A stretch of 64,000 bases of DNA from Candidatus Latescibacterota bacterium. Lineage in GTDB: Bacteria; Latescibacterota; UBA2968; UBA8231. Below the pieces are notes generated by a model. That model worked only from the letters and a program-made list of their open reading frames with translations, searched no databases and had not been told where the DNA came from. The position numbers were made by a program, and so were the translations under genes. This document shows, one piece after another, positions 27,211-40,808 of this stretch (the stretch's first letter is position 1; the number at the start of each line of letters is the position of its first letter). The stretch is from positions 4,288,001-4,352,000 of the forward strand of contig OY730476.1 in the NCBI GenBank assembly GCA_963422735.1, given 5' to 3'.

Positions 27211-28674
27211 ATGTTGCGTCGGCTATTGCTCCTAGCCGTGTGGGCCGGACCGGGATGGACACAGGTGGATGTGCGGCTGTCCAAAATCGACGAGGGCGTC
27301 GCTTGGGTCAGCCCCTATTGGGGGTACAACGCGCCCAAACTAGTCTTCGACGGCACGGCCTATTACACCTTAGGGCTGTGGGGAGCCGAGCAGGCCACAG
27401 CGCGGGGAGCGATCTACAAGCTAAAAGACGGCCAATGGCAGCGCGGTTATACGTGGGATGGCCTGAACTACCAGCCGGGCCTGCTGCTTCTCGACAGCGA
27501 GCAGCGCCTCATCCTGATCTACCCCACCTTCAACGGCCCGCCCGTCGTGCTGCGGGCGGCCGAGCCGGGACAGATCGACCGCTTTGAGCCGTTGCCCGTG
27601 CCGCCGTCCATCGGCAAGGCCGGGTACATGGGAGCCGGGATCCACGAGGAGCAGCTCGTCATTGGCTATATCGGCGACCCTGCTACCTATACCTTCCAGA
27701 TGGCCGTGCTCGACTTGGGCGCGCAGACTTGGGCCGGCCCCTTTGTCTTGGCCCCAGCCCAGCGACGAGACGAACCCTTTACCACTTGGCTGTACCCCAT
27801 CGTCCAGCCCGACGCAACCGGGGTGCATCTGCTCGTGAGCAATCAGCCCGATCCAACGGCCCGCTACGACCGCATCCTCTACATGCACGTGCCCTACGCG
27901 CCAGCAAAACCGCCTCAATCCCAAGTAATCGCGCAAGGCGCAATGGCCTTTGGCGAGGCCATGCTACTCACGCCCGACGGCCACATCTACGTCACCGGGC
28001 AGTACCAGCCCGACGAGGCGGCGACCAACCAACTCTACATCTTCCAGCGCGCTCCGCAGACGCAAACCTGGAGTGGCCAAGCCCTCAGCCCGTCGCAAGT
28101 AGCGACCGTATTCCACGCGCCCGACGAGCCAGTGCGCCTGTGGATCTCCAGCACCTACGGTGCGCAACTGCGGCTCTATACCTCGGAGGACGCCGGGGCA
28201 AGCTGGAGCGTGGTGCCCCTGCCGAATTTGGAGGAACACGGGCTAGCCTCCACCTTTTTCATGCACGGCATCTCCGCAGCTAGCGGCAGCCTCGCGCCGC
28301 CGGGCCCCACCGTGGTATTCAGCGCGGGCGTCCACCCCAACTACCAGTTGTGGTTCGCCCAATTCGAGACGGATGCGCACGCCACGGTCATCGAGGCTGA
28401 GGACGCGCCGGCCAGCCGAGCCCTCGTGGCCAACGCGCCCAACCCCTTTAACGGCCACACCGCCATCCGCTTTGCACTGGACGCGCCCGGGCCGGTCGAG
28501 CTGGCCGTGTACAACCTCAAGGGACAGCAGGTAGTGGTTTTGGCGCAAGGCATGTGGTCGGCTGGTTGGCACACCGTTTCTTGGAACGGAAGTGGCCAAG
28601 CTACCGGAGTGTACCTGTGCCGCTTGCAAACCGCCAACGCGACCCTGACGCGCAAATTGATCCTGATTCGCTAA
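27211..28674 (+). CDS. Secreted beta-propeller/BNR-like protein with FlgD / T9SS type-A-like C-terminal domain
   Basis: SEDAGASW Asp-box; NAPNPFN, VYNLKGQ.V, GVY.CRL...RKLILIR tail. Confidence 0.7.
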   Translation: MLRRLLLLAVWAGPGWTQVDVRLSKIDEGVAWVSPYWGYNAPKLVFDGTAYYTLGLWGAEQATARGAIYKLKDGQWQRGYTWDGLNYQPGLLLLDSEQRLILIYPTFNGPPVVLRAAEPGQIDRFEPLPVPPSIGKAGYMGAGIHEEQLVIGYIGDPATYTFQMAVLDLGAQTWAGPFVLAPAQRRDEPFTTWLYPIVQPDATGVHLLVSNQPDPTARYDRILYMHVPYAPAKPPQSQVIAQGAMAFGEAMLLTPDGHIYVTGQYQPDEAATNQLYIFQRAPQTQTWSGQALSPSQVATVFHAPDEPVRLWISSTYGAQLRLYTSEDAGASWSVVPLPNLEEHGLASTFFMHGISAASGSLAPPGPTVVFSAGVHPNYQLWFAQFETDAHATVIEAEDAPASRALVANAPNPFNGHTAIRFALDAPGPVELAVYNLKGQQVVVLAQGMWSAGWHTVSWNGSGQATGVYLCRLQTANATLTRKLILIR

Positions 28675-28697
28675 CCCACCCCAAAAAAGGAGACACC

Positions 28698-29012
28698 ATG
28701 ATCCGCAAAGCCTTTGTCATGCAGGTTAGTCCCGACCAACATGCCGAATACGAAAAGCGCCACAACCCCATCTGGCCCGAGCTGGAAAAGACCCTCAAAG
28801 AACACGGCGTCCACAACTACTCTATCTTCCTCGACGCAGACACCCACCAGCTTTTTGCCTACGTGGAACTCGCAGACGAGGAGCGCTGGAATCGCATCGC
28901 CGAGACGCCGGCCTGCCGCCGGTGGTGGACCTACATGAAGGACATCATGGCATCCAACCCGGACGACAGCCCTATTGCCAAGGACCTGCGCGAGGTATTC
29001 CACATCGACTGA
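28698..29012 (+). CDS. rhaM: L-rhamnose mutarotase
   Basis: MIRKAFVM...[12 protein letters not shown]...NYSIF...REVFH; AAGGAG RBS. Confidence 0.93.
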   Translation: MIRKAFVMQVSPDQHAEYEKRHNPIWPELEKTLKEHGVHNYSIFLDADTHQLFAYVELADEERWNRIAETPACRRWWTYMKDIMASNPDDSPIAKDLREVFHID

Positions 29013-29082
29013 GTTCGCGCTGGGGGAGCATCGTCCTTAGCTTCTACACCCTAACTTCGCTGCGGAATTTACCTGAAAAACC

Positions 29083-30432
29083 ATGCACATTTTGGTCATA
29101 GGTGCCGGAGCCATCGGCTTCCAGTTGAGTAAGCAACTGAGCCAAGACGGGCACGATATTACCCAGATTGACACCGATCCGAGGCGCGTCAAGCGCGTCA
29201 GCGAACAACTCGACATCATCGTTGCTGAGGGCAATGGCACCAGTTTGCAGGACTTGCGAGGGATCGGGATCGAGCAGGTGGATCTCGTCGCTGCCATGAC
29301 CACCAACGACGAGGTCAACCTGCTCGCCTGTAGAATGGCCAAGAAGCTAGGCGTCCAATCGGCCATCGCCCGCATCCGCAACCCAGAATTCACCGCGCCC
29401 GACTTTATCTTCAGCCCCCAAGAACTTGGCGTCGATCAGTTCATCCACCCGGAAAAGGAAACCGCCGCCGCCATCGTCCGCCTCATCCGCCAGTCCAGTG
29501 CCACCGATCTGGTCGAGTTTTCCGAAGGCAAACTCGTCTTGCTCGGCATGCGCCTCGATTACCAGTCCTCCCTGCTCCATGCTCCTTTGACCGAATTAGG
29601 TCGGCAGTTTGCCGACATTCCCATGCGCATCGTCGCCATCCAGCGCAAGCAGCAGACCTTGATCCCCACTGGCAATACCAAGCTGCTGCCAGAGGACCGG
29701 ATTTTCGTCATCAGCGATCCCGACTTCATTCCCTCCGTGGTCCGCTTGACCGGCCACGCCGACCACCGCCTCGAGGATATCGCGATTCTCGGCGGCGGCC
29801 TAATCGGCCAGTTCGTCGCCCAAGAGCTTTCCTCACAGATGCGCGTCAAGCTCATCGAAAGCCGCGCCGCCCGATCCAGGCAAGTCGCCAACCAACTCGC
29901 CAACGTGCTGGTCATCCAAGGCGACGGCACGGACTACGACTTGTTGGCCGTTGAAGGGCTCGCCGACATGGACGCCTTTCTCGCCGTTACCGGCAACGAC
30001 GAGATCAACATCATCTCGACGCTAGTAGCCAAGCACCTCGAAGTGCCGCGCGCCATCGCCTTGGTCAACAACGTCGATTACATGCCCATCACCCCGGCCA
30101 TCGGCCTAGATTCGGTGTTGAGCAAACAGCTCCTGACCGTCAACGCCGTCCAGCGCTACGTGCGGCACCAGCGCATCGCCTCCATCGCCAGCCTGCCCGG
30201 CCTCGACGTGGAAGCGGTCGAGTACATCGCCCGCAACGACAGCCAAATCACCCAAAAACCCCTGATCTCCATCCGCCTGCCCAAGGGTTCGATTATCGGA
30301 GCCGTCGTCCATCGCGATCGCGTGGTCATCCCGCGCGGAGATACGCGCATCTGGCCCGGGGACAAAGCCGTGGTCTTCGCCCGGCACTATGTCCATGAGG
30401 AAATGAGAAAGATCTTCGGGGATGACCCATAA
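29083..30432 (+). CDS. trkA: Trk potassium uptake NAD-binding subunit
   Basis: Two RCK domains, GAGAIG and GGGLIG. Confidence 0.9.
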   Translation: MHILVIGAGAIGFQLSKQLSQDGHDITQIDTDPRRVKRVSEQLDIIVAEGNGTSLQDLRGIGIEQVDLVAAMTTNDEVNLLACRMAKKLGVQSAIARIRNPEFTAPDFIFSPQELGVDQFIHPEKETAAAIVRLIRQSSATDLVEFSEGKLVLLGMRLDYQSSLLHAPLTELGRQFADIPMRIVAIQRKQQTLIPTGNTKLLPEDRIFVISDPDFIPSVVRLTGHADHRLEDIAILGGGLIGQFVAQELSSQMRVKLIESRAARSRQVANQLANVLVIQGDGTDYDLLAVEGLADMDAFLAVTGNDEINIISTLVAKHLEVPRAIALVNNVDYMPITPAIGLDSVLSKQLLTVNAVQRYVRHQRIASIASLPGLDVEAVEYIARNDSQITQKPLISIRLPKGSIIGAVVHRDRVVIPRGDTRIWPGDKAVVFARHYVHEEMRKIFGDDP

Positions 30433-30435
30433 CGC

Positions 30436-31884
30436 ATGCGCGCCGCAGTTGCATTTCGGGTACTGGGCGTCCTGCTGACGCTATTTAGCGTCAGCATGTT
30501 AGTGCCCGTCGGCGTATCCTTCCTCTACCGAGACGGGACTGCAGACGCCTTTCTTTTAGCATTTGCCATTACGCTCGTCACTGGCTTGGCGTGCTGGTTG
30601 CCCGTGCGCAAGCAGCGCGCCGAGTTGCGGATCAGGGACGGCTTTTTGGTAACGGTCTTGTTCTGGGCTGTCTTGGGCTTTTACGGCGCCTTTCCGCTGA
30701 TGTTGTCCGACCAGCCTAAGCTGGGTTTTACCGACGCCGTATTTGAGTCCCTATCTGGCTTGACCACGACCGGGGCTACCGTCGTCCAAGGCTTGGACTG
30801 CCTGCCTCGGTCCATCTTGTTCTACCGCCAGCAACTCCAGTGGTTGGGCGGCATGGGCATCATCGTCCTCGCCATTGCCGTGTTGCCCATGCTCGGCATC
30901 GGCGGCATGCAGCTTTTTCGCGCCGAGATCACCGGCCCCATTAAGGATTCAAAGCTGACGCCGAGGATCACCCATACTGCCAAGGCCCTTTGGTACATCT
31001 ACTTGAGTTTAACCGTGGCCTGTGCTGTGGCCTATTGGCTGGCCGGTATGGAACCGTTTGACGCCATCGCCCACAGCTTTACAACGGTTTCCATCGGCGG
31101 TTTTTCAACCCACGACGCCAGCATCGGCTTTTTTAACAACCCGGCCATCGAGTTGGTCGCCGTATTTTTTATCGTAGTATCGGGCATAAACTTCACGTTG
31201 CACTTTTACGCCTTTCGCCAGCGGTCGCTGCATCCGTATCGCATCGACCCCGAATGCCGCACATACCTGACCATTTTGCTAACTACCGCCCTAATCGCTT
31301 GGCTGATACTCTTTGCGCACAACGAGTACGACGCTGGCGCGTCGCTGCGCTACGGACTCTTCGCCACCGCGTCCATTGTTACCACCACGGGTTTTAGCAT
31401 TGCGGACCATTCGATCTGGCCTAGCGTACTGCCGTTTTTGTTGTTCCTCGGTTCGTTTACCGGTGGCTGCGCTGGCTCAACGGCAGGGGGTATAAAAGTG
31501 ATGCGCATGTTGCTCATTCTAAAGCAGGGGAGCCGAGAGATCACGCGCCTTATTCACCCCAACGCCGTCCTCCCCATCAAGGTGGGGCAGCGGTCGGTTC
31601 CCGATCGGGTCATGGAAGCGGTGTGGGGGTTTTTCTCGGTGTACGTGCTGACGTTCACGATCATGTTCATCGCCGTGCTCGCCACGGGCTTGGATTTGAC
31701 TACGTCCTTTTCAGCGGTGGCCGCCTGCATCAACAACTTAGGACCGGGCTTAGGGCAGGTTGTCCACCACTACGGCGACATCAATTCGGTAGCCAAGTGG
31801 ATACTGTGCTTTGCCATGCTGATTGGGCGGCTGGAGGTTTTTACGCTCTTGGTGCTGTTCAGCCCGGCGTTTTGGCGCAAGTGA
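30436..31884 (+). CDS. trkH: Trk potassium uptake permease
   Basis: FESLSGLTTTGAT, QWLGGMGII, GGCAGSTAGGIK, NNLGPGLG. Confidence 0.93.
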   Translation: MRAAVAFRVLGVLLTLFSVSMLVPVGVSFLYRDGTADAFLLAFAITLVTGLACWLPVRKQRAELRIRDGFLVTVLFWAVLGFYGAFPLMLSDQPKLGFTDAVFESLSGLTTTGATVVQGLDCLPRSILFYRQQLQWLGGMGIIVLAIAVLPMLGIGGMQLFRAEITGPIKDSKLTPRITHTAKALWYIYLSLTVACAVAYWLAGMEPFDAIAHSFTTVSIGGFSTHDASIGFFNNPAIELVAVFFIVVSGINFTLHFYAFRQRSLHPYRIDPECRTYLTILLTTALIAWLILFAHNEYDAGASLRYGLFATASIVTTTGFSIADHSIWPSVLPFLLFLGSFTGGCAGSTAGGIKVMRMLLILKQGSREITRLIHPNAVLPIKVGQRSVPDRVMEAVWGFFSVYVLTFTIMFIAVLATGLDLTTSFSAVAACINNLGPGLGQVVHHYGDINSVAKWILCFAMLIGRLEVFTLLVLFSPAFWRK

Positions 31885-32431
31885 TATCTGCGGCAATCGC
31901 GGCGAGTGCTTCCCACAGATAGGTCGCCAAGCTGTAATTGACCCACAGGCGGTACGCGCGCTGCCCATTATCGTCGTGCGGCAGCACTCCGCAAGCTGCC
32001 CCGGCCACCTGCGTGTACACCATCCGCTCTGCTGACTCACCAGCCAAATCCACCGCGCAAGCCTGCGCCAAAATGCTCGCGGCGGCATCCCCTTGCACCA
32101 CCAAGGTCACCGACTGCTGCTCTACCCGATAGACCCCGGCCTCGGCAGCTTCCAACGCAGCGTTCAGACGCGCCCAGAATTTGTCTTCGGGCCGGCACTC
32201 CAAAATCAGCTCGCCAGCGCCCACCCGCGCCAAAACCCCATCCGCTCCCACGGGCCGCGTGTCGTATATCCGCGCTGGCAGGGCGAGCGCGTACTGCTCG
32301 ACCCACTCGACCAAGCGCGGCCCCTTGGCTCCGAGCTTGACCATATCAATCGGATGGTGCAAGGCGGCTTGCACCGGAGCGGGCGCGTCGGCGACGAGAT
32401 GGGCGATGGGGCTTTTGCGCGTCGTGGTCAT
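31859..32431 (-). CDS. soxG: Sarcosine oxidase / N-methylglutamate dehydrogenase gamma subunit (MgdD-like)
   Basis: GcvT-like C-terminal pattern ILAQACAVDL...YRLWV..S.A.YLW; same strand as soxBDA. Confidence 0.7.
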   Translation of the reverse strand: MTTTRKSPIAHLVADAPAPVQAALHHPIDMVKLGAKGPRLVEWVEQYALALPARIYDTRPVGADGVLARVGAGELILECRPEDKFWARLNAALEAAEAGVYRVEQQSVTLVVQGDAAASILAQACAVDLAGESAERMVYTQVAGAACGVLPHDDNGQRAYRLWVNYSLATYLWEALAAIAADITCAKTPG

Positions 32432-32453
32432 AGGATTTCGGGGGTTAGGGGTT

Positions 32454-35669
<3,216 letters not shown>

Positions 35670-35792
35670 AACTCTAGTTGTCCTCGCGCAGCGGAGGGAG
35701 TTCTTCCAACCGGGTCAGCCATCGCCCGAAATGACGGCACTCGTTGCGTTCCCGAGCCCATCGGAAAAGATCGGGATTGACGGGGGCGCGGA

Positions 35793-36626
35793 TCATTTGC
35801 GTTCCCCTGCCACACTGGCCAGTGCCGCCTTCAGTACTTGAAAACACACCTTGGCTGTGTATTCATCAGGTGTGAAGCCAGAACTTATTTGTTGGTAAGG
35901 GTGGATGTAATTGCGGAAATCGCGCAGGCCGTGGCTGAACTTTTTCACGTCAGGTTTTAGGATACCTAACTCACTGGCAACGTCAATGAATTGAGCAAGC
36001 CTCCAATGCTGAAACCGCTTGACCTCACCTTCGTTCGTCTTGGGGGCGGCCCTAGATGAATTGAATCGAGCAGGTTCCTGCTGTGCTTTTCCCAACAACA
36101 CGGCTTCAAGGACGCTGCCGCAGAGCAATACAACCGATAGATGGGCACCCGCGTCCAACGTTTTCCGTATTTCTTCAAGGCGGTTCTCGATGATAGGCAC
36201 GACGACCTTTTCGACCGGAAGTTTCTGGATGTTAGGGAAGGAAAAATTCTCGCGGAGAAATTCTTGCTCGGTTTCTTCCAGGTTCACAGCTTGAGGTTTA
36301 CCGGAGAGACGCGCAACGATACTCCGTGCCCTTCCGAGAACCGGTGCGTTGACTTCCTTGTCGCCCAATTCGCAATCAGTCTCGTAGGAGTCCAGCATTT
36401 CTGACAGCACCTGTCCAACCAACATATCGGGCTCCCGCTCCCAAAAGGCCCGCATCTTTTTCACCTTGGAGGTTCCGTAGGTTTGATATTTCTGGCCGTG
36501 AATATCGATCCCGTGGCGTACGAAAAATTCCCCGAAAGTCGCATTACTGTAGTCCAGAACATAGCCCCCATCCATACTTAGAATTTCTTCAAGGTAACGT
36601 TTGTCGACATCGGTCAAGCTGTTCAT
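35793..36626 (-). CDS. AbiJ-N-like + HEPN-like defence-associated protein
   Basis: [13 protein letters not shown] and GTSK.K.MR.FW N-domain; C-terminal RDFRNYIHP; lower GC. Confidence 0.6.
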   Translation of the reverse strand: MNSLTDVDKRYLEEILSMDGGYVLDYSNATFGEFFVRHGIDIHGQKYQTYGTSKVKKMRAFWEREPDMLVGQVLSEMLDSYETDCELGDKEVNAPVLGRARSIVARLSGKPQAVNLEETEQEFLRENFSFPNIQKLPVEKVVVPIIENRLEEIRKTLDAGAHLSVVLLCGSVLEAVLLGKAQQEPARFNSSRAAPKTNEGEVKRFQHWRLAQFIDVASELGILKPDVKKFSHGLRDFRNYIHPYQQISSGFTPDEYTAKVCFQVLKAALASVAGERK

Positions 36627-38647
36627 GCAACCGCCGCCTCTGCCTTTTCGGCCTCGGCGTCGGGAACGCGAATTTCCCCGGAGATGAGATTTGGAAGCAG
36701 CGCACCTCGAATCGCGCCGAGAAAGTGCGACTCTCGCTCGTTCTTGACGATCCGATCATAGAGCGATTGCCCCAGTTGGTTATGGGCTCTCCTAACCGAC
36801 TCATGCGGCACGATTGCCGGCAACTTTCGAAAATTTCGCTTGTTGATCTCTTGGAACGTAGAGCCGTTCGCGTGTTCTTTGATGCCGTCCATGTTCGCCT
36901 CGATCCAGAGCCAAACGTACATGGCGGCCAGTCGCTGCCGGCACTTCATCGCGATGAAGCCCTGGTTGATGGCCACCGGCACGTCTGCTATCGCCACATA
37001 GCCTATCGGCGCACGCGACGACAGCAACACCGTTCCTCGCGCCAAGAGTCCAGAACTAATCTTGCCCAACCCCTGCTCCGTTATTCTACGAGCTGTTTCC
37101 ATCAACACTGGCGATGCAAGTCGCGATAGATCCTTCGGGGTCGCCCAGCGTATGGACCCGTCCCAATACGACCGCTCCTTGGTGCTCGGGGTAGAACCTC
37201 CTACCACATTGACCTCCTGGCCGATAGTAGACACCTCCCACCCCTCCGGTATCTCGCCCAATCCCGAATCGACGAAGCGGTCGGGGAACAGGGCCGCAAT
37301 TTCCGGGTCCATCCTGTCGAGATAGGCGCGGGCGCGTTCGGCGGGCCAATCCGCCTTGTCTGTGCCATCACTCACCTTAGGGGGAGAGGATGTGCGCTTG
37401 GCTGGCCGCAGGGCGGCTTTGGCGCGGACGGGGTCGAAATCGACGAACCAGGACTTGAACAGGGCGCGGGCCATCGCCTCCAGCGTCTCGTTCATGCGGC
37501 GGTTCAGTTCGATCTTGTCGTCCAGTGTGCCGAGGATGTGGGCGATGGCACGTTGTTCGGGGAGGGGTGGGAGACGAAGATGGAGATTCTTGAGTGAAGT
37601 CCCGGAAAGCTCCTGAAACGTCGAACCGGAAGCGTGCCGCTTCAGTACCTCTGTATTCTGGATCAGCCAGTAGTATATGTACTCAGCCGAAGCTTCTTCT
37701 TTACATACAAGGCTACGGAAACCTTGATTTGTTGCTATAGGGTTCTTTGCCAAAGCAACATATCCGATAGGGGCGCGGGTCGAAAGCAAAACCGAACCGG
37801 TCGGCAAAAGCCTAGCAGAACAGCTTTTCAATCCCTTGCGCGACAGATTCCGTTCACCCCTTTCAACGTAACGGTTATGCGGTACTGAAAGGTCCTTCGG
37901 TGTCAGCCACGGGATGTCTCCATCAAAGTTACCCGGGCTCTTGGTCGACGGTGTGCTACCACCCACGACATCAGCTACTTCGCCAATAGTGACCTCGCGC
38001 CACTGGTCGCTGGCACATTGCTTGCCCTCCACCAACACCACATGCTCCCCCTCAATCTCACGCTGAAATCTCTCCGGCAGCCGCGCCCAATCCCGCGCTT
38101 CTATGAGAAATGGGACGGTGGACTCCTGTACGGCTTCGTTGAATTCGGCGAGTTGCGAGATGTCGATTTTGACGAGACCGGGGCTGCGTAATACCAGGTC
38201 GAGGTCGCTGTCGTCGTGGCTGCGCCCGTTCACTCGGCTGCCATAGGCCCAGACCTCGACATCGGGCAGATGCTTACGCAGCAGTGCCTCCAGCGCCCGA
38301 CGGTACCTTGGCAGCAGATGCAGCCGGTCCGTTTTCTCGCTGCCGCGCCGGCGGTGCCACACCACGCCATGCGCCCGGATATGGTCGAGAAGGGCCGAGT
38401 TGTCTATGAAGCGATACAGGATCAGATCGACCGACTGAGCCATCGGGATGTCGTCGATGATGGCACCGAGGCGGGCCTGATCGGTGAGCGTGAGGCCGTC
38501 TCCGAACAGCGCGATGTCCACGTCCGAGTCCGCCGTATAGGTGCCCGTGGCCCTGGACCCGAACAGCACCGCACGCTCCACCCGGGGGTTAGCGGCGATG
38601 GCGGCGATGATCGCTGCGCGATGCCTGTCCTTGAGTCCGTCGATCAT
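36623..38647 (-). CDS. hsdS: Type I specificity subunit with two N-terminal MNT nucleotidyltransferase domains
   Basis: Two GSX10DXD motifs, then two TRDs and the [19 protein letters not shown] conserved region. Confidence 0.9.
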   Translation of the reverse strand: MIDGLKDRHRAAIIAAIAANPRVERAVLFGSRATGTYTADSDVDIALFGDGLTLTDQARLGAIIDDIPMAQSVDLILYRFIDNSALLDHIRAHGVVWHRRRGSEKTDRLHLLPRYRRALEALLRKHLPDVEVWAYGSRVNGRSHDDSDLDLVLRSPGLVKIDISQLAEFNEAVQESTVPFLIEARDWARLPERFQREIEGEHVVLVEGKQCASDQWREVTIGEVADVVGGSTPSTKSPGNFDGDIPWLTPKDLSVPHNRYVERGERNLSRKGLKSCSARLLPTGSVLLSTRAPIGYVALAKNPIATNQGFRSLVCKEEASAEYIYYWLIQNTEVLKRHASGSTFQELSGTSLKNLHLRLPPLPEQRAIAHILGTLDDKIELNRRMNETLEAMARALFKSWFVDFDPVRAKAALRPAKRTSSPPKVSDGTDKADWPAERARAYLDRMDPEIAALFPDRFVDSGLGEIPEGWEVSTIGQEVNVVGGSTPSTKERSYWDGSIRWATPKDLSRLASPVLMETARRITEQGLGKISSGLLARGTVLLSSRAPIGYVAIADVPVAINQGFIAMKCRQRLAAMYVWLWIEANMDGIKEHANGSTFQEINKRNFRKLPAIVPHESVRRAHNQLGQSLYDRIVKNERESHFLGAIRGALLPNLISGEIRVPDAEAEKAEAAVA

Positions 38648-39057
38648 TGCTCCGCCTTCGTGCGCAGCGTCGCATGGAGCCGCAACAGAACGGGGTGATA
38701 GCGATCCTTAATCAACGCTTCCGCTTCAAGCGCGGCGCTTTGCCGGCAGGCATGGCTGAGAACATTGCGCTTGTCGAGGGCGTCGAGCAGGGTTTCGCAA
38801 TCTTGTTCGTCGATGTAGTCGACCTCAAAGCTCTTGCGGATAGCCGCGCGAGGGACTTTCACTTCGTATCCTTCGTAGAAGAGCAGGTCCTTCAGCACGT
38901 TCCATGACAACTCGAAACAGAACTCGAACGTTTTGATCAAGCCGGCGCGTTCGAGATCGTTGTAGCGGTCGTGTTCGCACGCCTCAGTCAGTCGAGACAA
39001 CGCATTGCCGAAATTCTCCAGTCGCTGCATCCAGCGGATTTCGTCGGAATTGCTCAT
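38644..39057 (-). CDS. HEPN (HI0074-like) protein, MNT partner
   Basis: [14 protein letters not shown] and RNVLSH (RX4H); ATG overlaps restored hsdM stop; stop overlaps hsdS start. Confidence 0.85.
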   Translation of the reverse strand: MSNSDEIRWMQRLENFGNALSRLTEACEHDRYNDLERAGLIKTFEFCFELSWNVLKDLLFYEGYEVKVPRAAIRKSFEVDYIDEQDCETLLDALDKRNVLSHACRQSAALEAEALIKDRYHPVLLRLHATLRTKAEQ

Positions 39058-40780
39058 TGTTGGCTGTTCCGGAATCCCAGCGCCTGGAGATTTGCCTCGA
39101 TGGCCTTGTCCAGCCGTGCGGCCTCGGCCTGCTGCTCGCGCAGCTGCGCGACGAGTCGCTGCATCTTGTCCTCGAACGGATTGCCGTCGTCCGACTGTGG
39201 TTCCGCGCCGACGTAGCGGACGGGGGTGAGCACGTGGCCGTGTTTGCGTATTTCTTCCAGGGAGGCGCTTTTGCAGAAGCCGGGGACGTCGGCGTAGGTT
39301 TTTCCCCCTCACCCCAACCCTCTCCCTCCAGGGGAGAGGGAGTATCAGCGCCCTCGTTCTGGCCTTCTCCCTGCGAGGAAAGGGGGGTGCTGGGTCCGCT
39401 CTGGCCCTCTTTCTTCTTCGAGAGAGAGCCGCTGCGCCAGGTGTGGTAGGTGTCGGCGATGCGGGCGATGTCCTCATCCGTCAGTTCGCGGTGGGTGCGG
39501 TCCACCATGCGGCCGAGCTTGCGGGCGTCGATGAACAGCACTTCGCCGCGCCGCTTGCGATCTCGCGCCAGGAACCACAGGCAGGCCGGAATCTGGGTTG
39601 AGTAGAAGAGCTGGCCGGGCAGCGCGACCATGCAGCCCACCAAATCGGCTTCGATCAGGTTCTTGCGGATCGCGCCCTCGCCCGATTGCGCCGACGACAT
39701 GGAGCCGTTGGCGAGCACGAAGCCGGCGGTGCCGCTTGGCGCCAGATGGTGGACCATGTGCTGCACCCAGGCGAAGTTGGCGTTGCCTTTCGGCGGTGCG
39801 CCGTACTGCCAACGCTGGTCGTCGGCTAGGCGCTCGCCGCCCCAGTCGGAAATGTTGAACGGTGGATTGGCGAGGATGAAGTCGGCCTTGAGGTCGGGGT
39901 GCTTGTCGGCATGGAAGCTGTCGCCGTGGGCGATCTGCCCGTCGATGCCGCGAATGGCGAGGTTCATCTTCGCCAGCCGCCACGTCGTGTAGTTCGATTC
40001 CTGGCCGTAGATGCTGATGTCCGCCTGCGCTCCTTTTGTGCGAGGTGTTCCCCCTCGCGCTCCCCCGCTGAGGGCTCTGCCGCCGTTGCCGGTCGCATGG
40101 GCACGGATGAATTCGATGGACTGCACGAACATGCCGGACGAGCCGCAGCAGGGGTCGTAGACCCGGCCCCGGTATGGCTGAAGCATCTCGACCAGGAGCT
40201 TGACGACGCAGCGCGGGGTGTAGAACTCGCCGCCCTTCTTGCCCTCGGCGCTGGCGAACTGGGACAGGAAATATTCGTAGACGCGGCCGAGCACGTCCTT
40301 CGAGCGCGCCTCGGCGTTGCCCACCTGGATATTGCCGACCATGTCGATGAGCTGGCCAAGCCGCTGCTTGTCCAGCGCTGGACGGGCGTAGTCCTTGGGC
40401 AGCACGTCCTTGAGCGCTGGGTTGTCGCGCTCGATTGCCGCCATCGCACCGTCGACGACTTGGCCGATAGCCGGCTGGCGGGCCTGGGCCTTGAGATGGC
40501 CCCAGCGGGTTTCGGACGGCACCCAGAAGATGTTCTCGGCGAGATATTCGTCGCGGTCTTCGGCGGCCTCCGCGCCCCACTCGGCGAGCACCGCGGCATG
40601 ACGCTCCTCGAAGGCGTCGGAGATGTATTTCAGGAAGATCAGCCCGAGCACGACATGCTTGTACTCGGCCGCATCCATCGAGCCGCGCAGGGCATCGGCC
40701 ATGCGCCACAGTTCGGCTTCGTAGCCGGTCGTGGTGCCGTTGCCCTCTGCGTCGGCAGGGGTCTGTCGCGTTGTCGTCAT
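39054..40780 (-). CDS. hsdM: Type I methyltransferase subunit M, frameshifted near 39300
   Basis: GEFYTP, YDPCCGS, ANPPFN; conserved tail [11 protein letters not shown]...LTPVRYVG is in the -1 frame. Confidence 0.9.
39301..39430. repeat. Three degenerate tandem palindromic units (CCCTCTCCC..GGGAGAGGG type) inside hsdM
   Basis: Perfect 9-bp stem at 39318-39340; degenerate copies near 39363 and 39405; encodes [12 protein letters not shown]-like peptides. Confidence 0.75.
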
Positions 40781-40808
40781 TGAGCTTCTCATCCTCGGTC
40801 AACAAAAA

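Noticed and set aside
38644-39477. 277-aa version of the HEPN ORF
   Set aside because: The N-terminal half overlaps hsdM in another frame; the ATG at 39057 fits the family and overlaps the restored hsdM stop
40783-40800. Possible relic duplication of the soxA 3' end upstream of hsdM (gaccgaggatgagaagct)
   Set aside because: Needs gaps to align and is too short to distinguish from chance
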